From NCBI GenBank assembly GCA_049999805.1, contig JBNGIO010006345.1:112093-176092 (forward strand): a stretch of DNA of 64,000 nucleotides, written 5' to 3'. Every line of letters starts with the position of its first letter. Position 1 is the first letter of the stretch. Made by a program: the position numbers and the translations under genes. This DNA is from Folioceros fuciformis (lineage: Eukaryota). Below, piece by piece: positions 41,951 to 55,054 of the stretch. The notes under the pieces are model-generated. The model was not told the origin of the DNA and searched no databases. It was given only the letters and a program-made list of their open reading frames with translations.

Positions 41951-44662
41951 TTGTACATCGTCAATGGAATGACACAAGAATGTAGCTGCCCGGTGTTGAT
42001 GGTTGGACTTGTTGGCAGGAAACGTGGTCCAAATGCCCAAGGAGACTCTGAAATACGTGCCTCATGCAAGGAGGAACGACTGGACAAAGCAATGGCTGCC
42101 CTGAATCGTATGGAGGAGAGCTATGTACCTGACATTGACGTGTATAGGAATCTGTTGCAGCTGTGCATGAAACAGAAGGCCTCTGTGGAGGCCAGGCGTG
42201 TGCAAGCCCATCTGAGGAGAAACGCGTTAGAAGCGAACACCACCCTGGGAAACCTTCTTGTAACCACGCTGGTGAAGTGTGGAAGCTTTGCTGATGCGCT
42301 GCATGTGTTCGAGAGACTCTCGCAGAGAACTGTTTTCTCTTGGACAGCCATCATTTCTGGGTTGAGCAACGCTGGAAAATGCAGGGAAGCTCTTGCACGC
42401 TACAAGCAGATGCAGGAGGAAGGGGTGGAGCCCAATCCGTACACTTTTGTGAGCTTGATAAAGGCTTGCAGCAAGTTAGAGGATCTGGAGCAAGGAATGC
42501 AAATTCATGCTGCAACCACGAAGCAAGGGTTGGACACACATGTGTTTGTGGGGAACACCTTGGTAAGCATGTACGCAAAGTGCGGGAGCATCGCTGATGC
42601 ACAGCGGGTGTTTGACGAGTTGTCCCAGCGGGATGTGGTGTCCTGGAATGCACTGCTTGCGGCATATGCTCAGCAGGGCCAGGGCGACACAGCCTTGGAG
42701 CTTTTCAGGCTAATGCAGGAGGAAGGCATCAGGCCGGAAGCACGAACCTTTGTCAGTGCGTTGCAGGCTTGTGGCAGCCTGGCAGAAAAGGAAGCAGCGG
42801 TACTCCTGAACAATCGGGAAACTGTGAAGGTGGCATCACTGCGGAAAGGGAAGGAAATACACCATACAGCCGTAGTCTGTGGCTATGAATGCGATGTCTT
42901 CGTGGGCAACACCTTGGTTGCCATGTACACGAAGTGCGGGAGCATACAAAGTGCTGAGAAGGTATTCGATATGATATCTGACCATGACGTAGTGTCTTGG
43001 AACGCTCTACTGGCAGCCTATGCCCAACAGGGTGAGGTTGGGAAGGCCTTCCACATTTTTAGGCGAATGCAACTTGACGGTGTCAGGCCAGACGCATGGA
43101 CCTTCGTCAGCTTGTTGAGAGCCTGTGGTAGCCTGGCCGAAGAGGAGGAAAGCACACTGGTGGATGGGCAGAGCATGAAGCTCCAGTCCCTGACCAAGGG
43201 CAGGGAACTGCATGCGGAAGTCACTGCTCGGGGCTTTCACTGCCACCTCTTCGTGGGCACTGCTCTGCTCAGCATGTACGGGAAGTGTGGAAGCATAGTG
43301 GATGCACAGCAGGTCTTCGATGGCCTGTCTGAGAGGAATGTGGTGTCGTGGAATGCTCTGCTCGCTGCATACGGCCAGCAGGAGCAGGGGCAGGGTGCAG
43401 AAAGGGCTCTGCAGATCTACCAACACATGCAAGAGCATGGAATGAAGCCCAGTGTTCGAACCTTTGTCGCTGCTCTCCAAGCTTGTGGGAGCCTTGCAGA
43501 ACGGGAGCAGTCTGCACTTGTCGCAGGCGAACAAGATCTAAAGCTGTCGGTCAAGGTGGAGTCTCTCCTGGTCGGGAAGAAGGTGCACGCAGAGGTCATG
43601 GACAGGGCCTTCGAGTCTGAAGTCTTCGTGGGCAACGCCCTGGTGAGCATGTACGCAAAGTGTGGGAGCGTCCGAGATGCGAAGCAGGTATTCGACAGGC
43701 TGCTCTACCGGGACGTGGTGTCCTGGAATGCCATGCTTGCTGCCCACGTTCAGCATGGCCAAGGAGGAGAGGCTCTGCAGCTCTATGCTCGAATGGATGC
43801 GGAAGGTGTGACCTCGGACGATGCAACTCTTGTGTTTGTCCTGGACGCTTGCAGCGACACGGGGGCACTTGATGTCTGCCGGAACGTAAATCAAACTATT
43901 CTGCAAAGAGGAATTTCTTGCAGTCATTCCTTGGCGACAAGCCTGATCCACGCATACAGCAAATGTGGAAGTATGATGGAGGCCCAGTCTGTGTTCGACT
44001 CTCTACAGCATCCCGACGTAGTGTCATGGACTGCCCTGATTGCAGGGTATGCTCGGCTGGGAGACTGTGGGCAAAGCATGAAGTGCTTCCAGGGTATGCT
44101 TCAGCAAGGTGTGAAGCCAGACAATGTCACTTTCCTGGCACTGCTGTCTGCGTGTGCTCATGCGGGGATGGTGGACGAAGGACTGGAGTGCTTTGAGTGT
44201 ATGAGACGAGAGTATGGCCTGTTCCCCGAGCTGCAGCATTATTCTTGTTTGATTGACATTGTGAGCCGAGCAGGGCTCTTCAACAAGGCACAAGATTTGA
44301 TATCCTCGATGCCAATGCAGCCAGATCTGCCTGTGTGGTTATGTGTGTTGGGTGCTTGCCAGAAGCACGGGAATGTGGTATTGGGGAAGCGGGCATTTGA
44401 CGCTGCTGTGGCTTTAGACCCCACACAAGCTGCGCCCTATGTGCTCATGTCAAATATATATGCAGAAGCTGGACTGATGGATTCCGCCAAGGAAGTGGAC
44501 GACCTGAGACACGCAACAGGAGCGTGGAAGAAGCCTGGTCAGAGCTGGATAGAGCACCAGGACCAGGTACACACGTTTCTCGTTGGACATCGGAAGCATG
44601 AACAGGAAGCAGTGCTTTATGGACTGCTCCAAGATCTGCGCAGGAGGCAAGCTATATTGTGA
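41951..44662 (+). CDS. PLS-class PPR protein, E/E+ subclass, with insertions in three L motifs; start codon uncertain
   Basis: PLS array, E1/E2 and KKPGQSWIE; ends LRRRQAIL* with no deaminase domain. Confidence 0.93.
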   Translation: MYIVNGMTQECSCPVLMVGLVGRKRGPNAQGDSEIRASCKEERLDKAMAALNRMEESYVPDIDVYRNLLQLCMKQKASVEARRVQAHLRRNALEANTTLGNLLVTTLVKCGSFADALHVFERLSQRTVFSWTAIISGLSNAGKCREALARYKQMQEEGVEPNPYTFVSLIKACSKLEDLEQGMQIHAATTKQGLDTHVFVGNTLVSMYAKCGSIADAQRVFDELSQRDVVSWNALLAAYAQQGQGDTALELFRLMQEEGIRPEARTFVSALQACGSLAEKEAAVLLNNRETVKVASLRKGKEIHHTAVVCGYECDVFVGNTLVAMYTKCGSIQSAEKVFDMISDHDVVSWNALLAAYAQQGEVGKAFHIFRRMQLDGVRPDAWTFVSLLRACGSLAEEEESTLVDGQSMKLQSLTKGRELHAEVTARGFHCHLFVGTALLSMYGKCGSIVDAQQVFDGLSERNVVSWNALLAAYGQQEQGQGAERALQIYQHMQEHGMKPSVRTFVAALQACGSLAEREQSALVAGEQDLKLSVKVESLLVGKKVHAEVMDRAFESEVFVGNALVSMYAKCGSVRDAKQVFDRLLYRDVVSWNAMLAAHVQHGQGGEALQLYARMDAEGVTSDDATLVFVLDACSDTGALDVCRNVNQTILQRGISCSHSLATSLIHAYSKCGSMMEAQSVFDSLQHPDVVSWTALIAGYARLGDCGQSMKCFQGMLQQGVKPDNVTFLALLSACAHAGMVDEGLECFECMRREYGLFPELQHYSCLIDIVSRAGLFNKAQDLISSMPMQPDLPVWLCVLGACQKHGNVVLGKRAFDAAVALDPTQAAPYVLMSNIYAEAGLMDSAKEVDDLRHATGAWKKPGQSWIEHQDQVHTFLVGHRKHEQEAVLYGLLQDLRRRQAIL

Positions 44663-44742
44663 GCATAATCGGAAAGTGCACGTCACAACACCTTTGGGAA
44701 CAAGCTTTATTCTTGTTTGGCAAACCAACATCTGAAACAGAG

Positions 44743-47700
44743 CTAAGGGACGAAGTCAGTGGTCAAGAAGGGTAGACAACTACTAACACGGAGCAGAGCT
44801 TGGGTTGACATCCCAGCAACCAAGGAAGCCAACACCGGCAGCATTGCATTGGACTCCATCAAGAACCTCCTGAAATCAACAGGAAACCGGGATACTTGCT
44901 GCATGGCGGATTGTAACGCCCCTGGCTGTGGGACATCATACCAGCACAGGTAGCACGCGAACATAATCTTATTCAGCATGGGATGCTTCCTTTCCTTCCA
45001 GATATCTGCACTTCTGGGTGTCCCGATGGGCCACTCTCTCGCCTCGATATAACGAGCTAGCACCACAGCTTCAGAGTCTCGACTGCTTCCGCGCCCATGG
45101 AATGTGTCGAATGCTTCATCAACACGCTTGGCAAGGGCAGAAAGGAATGTGGGCTGTATGATTGACTCGCCCTTGAGGCATGGAACACCTGCCTGGCTTA
45201 TAGCTTCCGTATACGCCAGGGCAATCTGCAGGTGCAACTGGCATCCTCAGTTCAACATGTCAAGAACTTGCCAGTCGTCGACGATTTTCAGGGGAAGATG
45301 TGTACGCAAAGCTATACCTTGAGGCTTGACAGGGATACTGTGTCATTCCCAAAATACATTACACTGCTACCTCGGCCTTCGAGACGGTTCACCAATGCCT
45401 CCACAGTTGTATACAGAGCTATGTAAGTCTGCCAGCCAGACTCCACGTTACGCGGGCCAAACTCTTCGCCCACAACGAAAGGTAGCAAGCTAAATGAAAC
45501 AAATGGCAGGCAAACCTGCAGCAGCACTGGCCTATCGGTGCTGACACATTCAAAAAGCGATTGAAGGCAGAAGTCTTCGAACTCGTCGGCTACTTTCCTA
45601 CAAATCACTTTGTCAGCCACGAGAAAGGTGAAAATGTCGGCTTGCTTGTTCCGTGAGATACCATACAATCGAAGGGCAGCCCTTTCGCTCACCTTGCTGC
45701 TGAGGGCCTGCAAAGGAGTTGTCCAAACGCCAGCATGCTTGGGTCAGCAGAGAACGTGCTGATGAGTTGATCAACGCTTGAGGTCCCCACAGGTGGAAAG
45801 TCTCCACTTTCTGACGGTTTGAGACCACTTCCACCACTGTCCTGTAACTTGCAAGTAATCCAGATTTAAGCTTCACAACGGGCTAGCTCCAGGCGTGAAG
45901 ATGCTCACAAACCAGTTTACTATGTAGTAATCGATCTAGCACTGAAGGCAAGGGCTGTCGACCTTGTGAAGGGCCCGAGAGAGCAGAGAGCGGCAGCCGA
46001 TTGGGTCATCCGCATATGAGCGAGCACCAACTTTCCGCTTGACATAGATTACACCGTCGTTCAAGGGTCCACCAACCTCACCTGCAGTCCACCATGGTTG
46101 GTCTGCAGCAGAAAAAAGGAGCGTTCAGCTGATATACGTTCGACAGGAGTTCAACTGGGACTGGGCTAAGCTGGAACACCAATGTAAGCAGCAGAATATG
46201 CACGCCTGCAACGGATTCCTCACAGTGACAACAGAGTTCACAACACACAAGCACGTTGCTACATGGATTATCTTGCATAAAAACCAGAGAAGAACCATAG
46301 CATACCTCTCGGCTGCAGCTCAATATCCTGGGGCCAATATCTGGGTCCACAAATGCGCAATCGCTTGAGCTGCATAGCAAGACAGTTACTGCGAGTTCAA
46401 CATACTTCCAGCAACTTACAAGAGGGAACAGTCAATTATGAAGCGATCAAACATAGCTCCCAATAGATCTTACGCCAGAGCGCTCAGGTAGTAAGCATGG
46501 AGTGATCCGGGATATGATGCTCTCTCCGTGGAAAGTTGTCTCCCTCAGTGTGATCTCAATTGGGACATATACAGGGACACCAGTATCAACGTCCACAGTC
46601 TGTACACAACGTCCCTCTGCGGCCAGGACATATAAGTGACGAAAGGCCTGTGATATCCAAAGTGAGTGATGAGACCAGATGGAATAACTCGAAACAGCAA
46701 TAGGGGAAAAGGTCCATTCAGACGACATTTCCTTCTGTACATCACCTGCAGATGGCATCGATGATCACTTGGGGCAGTCGGAAACCGAGGGTACAATGCA
46801 ATCAACAGAGCTGCAACAGCACCATTGTTTGTGGCAAATGTGGCGGCTCCGCCTCCTAAGAAGAGAAAACCAATTGCCATGCTTATCTGGGTAGAAGAAA
46901 CAGCCCACCCAGAGAGGTCAGAAACCATTTATTTAGACAAAAGATGTCAACTAAAACGATGAAAATAGCCAGTTAGCTAACCGCCATATGGTTGCCATAA
47001 CTGATCGCCGCATCTGTATCATTCCTCCGACGAAGATATCGTAGCAGGCGAAATGTCCCTAAGTGTCCTGTTCCTGCCATAACCTGTACAAAAGGGAAAG
47101 GAAAACCGTTTTATAGGCTTCCATATGTGTGCGCTTTTAAGAAACAGAGGCCATGACTCAGTGAAAACCATACCACACTCAAGGAAAGTATCACCACATT
47201 GAGACAAGTTTCAAGGGTGTTGCGGTCAACATATGTCTTCTTATCGTTGGGGCTGCCACTTCCTCCAACAGTTGCTGCGGCCCGTTTCTGCTTGCACACA
47301 AACCTAGTTAGTCTGAGCTCTTGGGCAGCATTTTGGACAGGACGGGACTAGCCTGACCTCTTTTATGAAGTATAAAGCATATTTGTAGAGCAGCTGTTGC
47401 GCTTCTGCGCTTGCTGTTCCTGCATACCGCAAACCTGTGCAAACCGACAACTGTGGTGATCACTCATTGGCCCTGAAATAAGAAGAAATCCAGGATGCCA
47501 AGTTCAACACGCTGTGGTTCCACGTACCAATAGACAGACAAGCACCAGCAAGAATATTGACATGCGCTTGGGCAAGAGCTTCATAGTCAGCATCTGCGAG
47601 TAGCATCTCAGCTGGCCTCTTCTCTAGATCCATAGACTCCTTCACAATGGACGGCATTTGAGACTGAATCCACTCCTCTGAAGCGTGTACACTGCAAAAT

Positions 47701-50700
47701 GGTAAAGAGGAATGCGTAAGATCAAAAGATGAGATTCCTAGTTAGATTATGGTTGGAGTATTCCAAGGCCATCTAGAAGTACCTGTCCCACAAGATCAAG
47801 CTCCGAGCGACTAGGCGCAGTAAGATGAAGTCAGGTCTAACGTATTCAAGTGCAAAGTGAGTCTCTGGAATTGACAGTCTTGCTGCCACAGCTTCACAAT
47901 TTGTCTGTGTCCAACTCAGGCATCATATCCATTAAGAATTGCCAGTCACGCACCGATCTGAAACTTCACAGAAGCTGAAATGAGGAAATGAAACCTCACC
48001 TTGAGAAACATCAGGCCCAATGCTAAAGTTGCTCCGGGTGCTGTCACATCTAAATTTACCATGGAACCCTCCATTACCTGCATACAATACACCAGCATTA
48101 GATACTGTCTATGCTTTTCTCCAAAGGGATGACTATTGGGACAGTAGACAAGTGTGATACCTGCCCATGCAAATCATCGAGGCTTCTTGGAGCTGAAGAA
48201 TGTACACTTCCATCAAACCTTCTCCTACGCTCCTGGCAAGCACCAAAATCATGAAACTAAGGAAAGCAGGCGGGAAGCCGGATATTGCGTAAATGCTAAA
48301 GGTTTCTGCACTGCAAAGCTCCAGGTGCTAATAAACACATTCACATGCTTTTGCGACACTATTGCCGTGAACACTGCAAAACAAATTACGAAACAAATGC
48401 AGGCAATGTGCAAGGGAGAGGCCGATGTGTACATCAAGGGGCTCCACACCACCAAACATCAGATGCTTGAGACGATCTTCAATGCATAAATCTGCAAGAC
48501 CCCAAGCATCTCGCCCCCTACCTGGAGGACACAAAAATTTTGCTGTTAAATCTGGATTCAGACAGCAGTGAAATTTTGTGGGAAACTCATTCAGCATGTC
48601 CCAACGCGCACCTAGTGTTACCAAGCCAAGTGCCAACCCTGCTGCCAATGCGTAACCCTCCCTCTCCAGACCAAGATCACTTCCTGGTTTTCGACCAATC
48701 TCAGCCTCCAAGTCACAGAGAAACAAGTTCTCAGTTGGAGAAAAATGTTATCAAGACTTTGAGCTAGAACCCAGCTTCTTGTACGACCTCTATTGATGGC
48801 AGAAATTACACAAACTGAGAAATATAGGCAACATTCAGAAAATGACAAAGCAAACTTACTAGGAGAATCTCTGTCGTTAGACGATGGGCAGATCCTTGAT
48901 ACAACAGACCCACTGCCATTAGGGCTGCTGACTGCAAATAAACGCCGGAAAACACACAAAATTAGTGCTGATTGCAGTCTCATTGTGATATGTGAGCACT
49001 CACGCCAGTAATCATCTTTTCATGACGTCTAATGCTAGTATGCTTTGCATCTCTGGAGACAAGCGAACCAGATGCAGTATATGCAGCAACCACCCAGTGG
49101 CTATACATCAACAGTACGCAAGCATAAACTCATCGACTCCTTCTTCATTAGTGATGCCCAAAAGGTAATTATTAGTTCCAGTTGCAACTTCAGGCAACCA
49201 ATATTCCATACAAGAAAAATGGACGATGGTCCAGATCTGTCACACCTGCATCAGAGTAGGCAGCTCCAGCTCTGGAAAGGATGGCGGATGACGGGCAGGA
49301 ATGTGGAGGTATAGCATCTACAATCCGAACTGAGCATAATTAAACTACACAAGCACAAGACATCTCTGCCCTTCAAAGTGACAGAGCACAAGAACACCAA
49401 AAAATTACAGAAAATAACAGTCTAGACACAGGTGACACACTACCTTGGATATCGCAGGGTCCATTGTGCCTCTATGTGCAGAGGCCATTCCTAAAAGTAA
49501 ACCCACAGTTGTAGCCTCATGTTCCTGTGACATAGTCCACAAAAGCAGACTAAACGGCTGTTTGATATCCAAAATAAAAGCATATCACGAAACGAGAAGT
49601 GCACCTCTGACAAGTAGCGGTACACATCTGTTGCATCCAGAACTCCAAGATGTTTATGCAAACCCAAAGCCATTAACACACCAGCATGGGCATGAGTGAA
49701 CTCGTCTGGTTTGTTGTATAATATCCATGCACGAGTGATCTTTGCCTGAAACGACAAACGAGTGAGCCATGGAAGCGGAACCACCCAGTAGCCAGACTGC
49801 AGTGTCTGGTTGCATTTACAGACAGCAATGATATGAGAGATCAACCTGACAAGGAGCAACCCTCAGGCCAGCAGCAACGCCATTGTGAAATTCAGGCCAG
49901 GACGTGAGATCCTGTAAATTTCCCGTACTGCTATCCAGATTCACCTACGACAGGCAAAGCAGCGTCAATACACAAGTCTGCAACCACAAGCCCATCTCAC
50001 AATATAATCAATCTAGTAGCACAGATCTCAACTGTGTGAACACTCACAGTTGCATCGTGCTGTGATGGAAGCCTTCCAGCCAACACAAGCTTTGGAATTG
50101 GTAGCGCCTGCACAAAACAAGCACTGTAATGCTGAACAAACAGAGACATCAGTCAGCAGTTCATTGATAAGCATATAAACACACCTCTGTCAGAAGAAGC
50201 CTAAGGGTGGCAAGTGTGAATGAGCCCCGACCAAATGCTAGAGCAGTTGTCCTTTGAGCAAGCTGCCACAATTGTGCCTAGGCCAGAGAAACCGAAGTGT
50301 TGATACAGTCTTGAGTACTTGAAACCCTCAACGAGCCCAGCAAGTGTGGGCCAGTGTCAAGACTTACCTGCTGCTGTGCAACGAGGTCTGGGTCACTCAG
50401 ATCAGGAGAATTGGCTGTGCTGACAGCTACGGGCTTTGACGAACCAAGTAGCCGCCTAACCTGCAAAGAGGCAAGATGCCTTGTTGTCAGCAAAGCGCCA
50501 TAAACAGACTGCAACCTACAATCAGAATCAAGACTGCTAATCCCAAATCATCTCGCATTTAGTGTTCTACACTACCTCATTCAGCCGAAGATCTGATCCA
50601 AACAACAGCGATGATGCTGAAAACATATGTTCCATTCCATCAATGAGCTGGCCCTCTATAACTGCAGACGCCTGTGGCTCTGCATTACCAATCTCTTGGG

Positions 50701-53700
50701 GATCACTTGGTGACTTGTCAACCGACACTGGTTGCATGTGGAGCAAGTATGGAGCGCCCATAAGTGCATCATCCTCTTCCAGTGAGATGCTGGATGATAG
50801 ATTGACAGACAGTGCTTGATCTTGTGGCACTGTGGAACGGCGAGCTATACACGTTGCAGAAAGGTCCTCTCGTCCAACAAGAATGTACGCATTTGCTGGC
50901 CAGTCATCCGGAGGAGCTTCTCGGCATCTATCTAGGGCCTGTACAGTCCATGGAGAACACTTAGCTCCTCCAGCAAATCACCACTGCCTGGATGCATGGG
51001 TCAGAATGACATTCACAAGAGTAATAAGGCTTCATCTGCAGCATACATGTCGCAATGGGAGTGACACTCCAGACGGTAATCGATCAAGGTTTGGCAATCC
51101 AAATCCCTCTGCAACCATGGCCAAGACTGTCCGCTGCTCTGAGTTGGTAGCGCTGCCTTTTGCTATCTCAATGTGCAACCCAGATGAGAGGCGAGAACCA
51201 CAGAGCTGTCCACCCATCATGAGCTCATAGAAGCCCAGCACTTTTCGTGACCAATCAATACATGTAGCACTATTCTTGAGGAGCATGCTGGGCAGTTTCT
51301 CGCTCTTCCTTCCTTTGACACAGTTCTCCAGCCAGTGCAAGACACTCCAAGGAGATCTAGTCCCTGCTTTGGCTTGGAGTTTGCCCGATTTTGACAAAGA
51401 GGAAATAGTTAATGGAAAGTCTCGGTTATAATAGTCTACGTAATCCAGCTCCCCAATCATGGCTGCTATCTTGCACAATAACATAGCCAGTGGCAATAAG
51501 TTCCTGGAGTGACACAAGCGTTTGCACACTCAGCACGCTTGCACAAGCTTATCCGGCCAAGGACATTGCGACAAAATTACTGAGTGAGGAAACAAGTTAG
51601 CTTGCTGGACACTAGAACCCAGGTGAAAGGGCTTCATCTGGCATTTGACGACTAGCCTTCTCCACTTTTCACTACGGGGTAAAGCACTTACTTCCAACGT
51701 AAGGAGTCGAGTTTGCAGTCTTCATAGACACAAGAAAGAGCCTCAAGTACGTCAAGCACCAGTACTGGAACGAGAGGGGAATTCCCATCAGATCCCACGG
51801 TGATAGGAGCTGTTTCAGTGAGCGGGTATGACACAGGCGGCATGGGCATAGGCAAAGCGGGATAGCGCATGGTCAGTGCATTTACACGATGCATGTCACT
51901 GTCTAGTAAAAAATCCCAAGCAGATGTAAGTGCATTTGCAGATGCCCCTTTCCTAGGGGAGATCTTCAGCTGCTCCCTTGACCATTCCAAAATGAGACTA
52001 GAGAAAGTCTTCCAGCCATGGTCAGCCAAGCCATCTGGTCGGTCAATTGTTGTGCCAAAAGCAGTTGAGTGAAAATCCTTCTCAAGGAAGCCACTGAGGA
52101 GCTGATGGTACGTAGCAGGTTGAAGTGCTTCTGACAACGTAATCAGACAAGTCAACGTGATTGCAGACGAAGGCAGAAGAGATACTGCACAACGATACTT
52201 CTGCAAGGCAGAAACCACTAACGTCAGCATTCCATTCAGACTTTAGTCTCATGCAGGTGAAGACAATTGTGATCCCAAGTCTAATGCTAGGAGAATGTGC
52301 ACCTTGCCAGATGAAGACTGCAAATTCACACGGTTATATACAGCATCACAGAGGCGAATCGGGGGTTTAGCCTGTGACTGAGGGCTGCCATGAGAGCATC
52401 CAGCTCTAGGGACGGAAACATCCATGTCCTCGATGCCATAAGAAGCTTGAGAAAGTCCAGTAAGTGCAGCTAATGGCAGGTGAAACTGGCAAATGCGACA
52501 ATTGCCCACCTTCACAAAATTGCAAACAGACAGAATAGGTGAGATGGAATATCAACAATAACCAACAAGTGGACATAACATCGACACCCTAAGCTACTTG
52601 AGGACTATGCAAACCTCAAGAGAAAGCCACCGTTCACATGTAAGAGTGAGAAAATCAGAAAATCAGATCACTTACATAAAGGAGTAGGCTTCCATCAGGG
52701 GCCAGCACAAAGATGTCCATCTGAGGCACCTGGTTTATTTTACAGCTGCAATGACGAAATAATAATACGTCATAGGACTCTCTACCCCTGATTCCTTAAA
52801 CGGCGGCACAAAAAACCACTTCTACAATGGCACCGCCTAACTGATGGACCTTGGAACGTTCAAGTGGTGAGAAAAAAGCATATAATTTTCGACCATTCAT
52901 ACCTAGGTCGTGTGGCAACAACCGGCACAGCTGAAATTGCAGGAATTGTCCACGCTACATGCACATTCATGTGGGGTTGCTGATGCGGCTTGACAGAGAG
53001 CTTCAGTGAGGCAAGCTGTCGTTGATCTCTAAATACCATACACAATATAGCCTCCCCATCCACATCAGATGCTGCGAACACCTTATACAGGTCATTGAAA
53101 ACCAAATCGATAATGAGCCTGGTGAACCACTGATATTGATGGAGTTTGGCAGCACACAGATGGATCCAACAGGTCAAGAGCTAGTACCTCAGCGGCCTTC
53201 AGATGTGGACCTTTCTCCCTCCAAACACACTGGAGGACAACATGTTGACGCTGTGTGGAGGGTGGACCTCGTGATAATGAGCCCAGCTTCTCTGAGATGA
53301 CCTTCAACTGCCAGACAGAGTGCTGCATAGTGCCTGCATTGCTAAAAAAGAACATCCAGACAAAATATATCTAACCATTATAGTCGGATAGAAAGCTAAG
53401 TAGAAGACAGGAATCAAGCATTCAGGTCACCAAAATGCCCATCAGGCTTGCAGGCAGAGAAACAAACACAATAAGCTGACACTACATCATTGAATTACCC
53501 GTGTGGTAACACGCCAAGTATGGAAGAGTGCTGCTAGACCAAACAACTTGCTCCTCCCACAATGATGCTGGGTGGAGCTTCCCACCCTCTTCAAGCTGCA
53601 CTGGCTGCACAATGGAACGCAGTTTCATCACAATCTAGGGCTTTGGCAGGTTTTAATGAGCCATAGTAACCGAAACCTCGAACTTTAACAGGATGGGGGT

Positions 53701-54795
53701 TGATTTAACTCCCAGACTTCAAGGAACCAGAAATCTTTTCGAAAGTCATACTTGAATCTCTTCTAGAGGGTGTTGCAGAATGTAGAGCATCGAAGTCAGA
53801 GGAGTTGGTGTTGAAGCATGAGTTGACTTCCTACTCAGCTCCGAATAATGCCCGTGTCCTCCAAGACTCATTTTACTATGGCTTCCAGGTGTCGGAGAAG
53901 CAATATCTCTGAAAGAATCTCGATACAAGTTGATGGCACTGGAATAAGTTGAATGCTTGCCGGGTCCATCACCAGAAGCAGTCTGATGCTTCCGTTCTCT
54001 TTCAATTAACAACCCACAAGGAAGAGCCCACATGGCAGTCGTTGCAAACTCCAAAGGAACGGAATTGAGAGTGCCTGCACCAAGACCTCACTTGATCAAA
54101 GCACTGAGCGGTCACCTGATGCCAGACCATTCACAAAAAGGAAATCCTACGCTATCCACCCCCGGAAACTGACCTGATGGTGAGCAGGTTGTCAATGAAT
54201 CAGGGTGGAGCATACAAAGAATTGGTTCTTGCATGCTCTCCAATGCAGACCACAAGACCTAGATATTACAGAAGTTCCATAGTCATTGCCTGGAGCCTGT
54301 GTAATTAGGGGAAAACTCCCTTCTCATACTACACCACAGATTTCTTCCGGAATGGCTATAGCAATCACAGAAGGCACACCTGTGTGACTTTGGCTTGCAG
54401 AGTGAACCGCTTCCGAACATGTCCTCCAGCACTCCACGTCACTCTGCACACCGCACATTATGCACGCCACAAACAAATCCAGACCAGCTCATCAAGTTCA
54501 CAGCGGGGCAAACAACCAGCTGAATCAGAATTGCAACCCAGAGCACCCACTGCTTATCATGAATGAAAATCTCCTCGTCGTGGTTCCAGGAAGCCTCAGC
54601 GGTGGCCCAATGCTCCAGACCACCCCCTTTCTGCCGCGCCATCGCCTGCGGGAACAGGAAGTACTTGTATCCTCGACTCCCAGCGCCCACTTCCCCATCG
54701 TCGGCGCAAATCCACGGTTTGTTCTGCTGCTCCGAGGACTCACTGCGACAGCCGCTGGGCTGGAACTCTCCCAAAAAGTCCAGCGTCGGCGCCAT
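44743..54795 (-). CDS. APC1: Anaphase-promoting complex subunit 1, many exons
   Basis: N-terminus MAPTLDFLGEFQP, then WALPCGLLIER, LDRLPSGVSLPLRH, FGSDLRLNEV|RRLLGSS, PC-repeat peptides HAGVLMALGL and EREGYALAAGLALGLV, MAIGFLFLGGG, LYPRFP..PSDHRCHLQ|AFRHLYVLA and TPCLLPE. The last exon ends at 44743. Confidence 0.95.
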
Positions 54796-55054
54796 GGCCT
54801 TCGCCTCCCTAGCGACGCTACGTCTCTCTCGACAGTCTCCTCGTCGGAGGAAGGGAGTATGGGCGGGAATAAGGTGCCACATAAGATGCCTCTTCACACA
54901 GCGCCGATCGAGGCGAGAATGAAACCCGAAATAACCGGAACTATTTTCTTGCCAGCCGGCAACGCCGCCGCTGCTGCTGCGCGGGGGGGGCGCAGGGCGG
55001 CGAGGGACCGAGGGATCGAGGGACTATGAGATGCGGCGATGGCACCTTGGCGCA

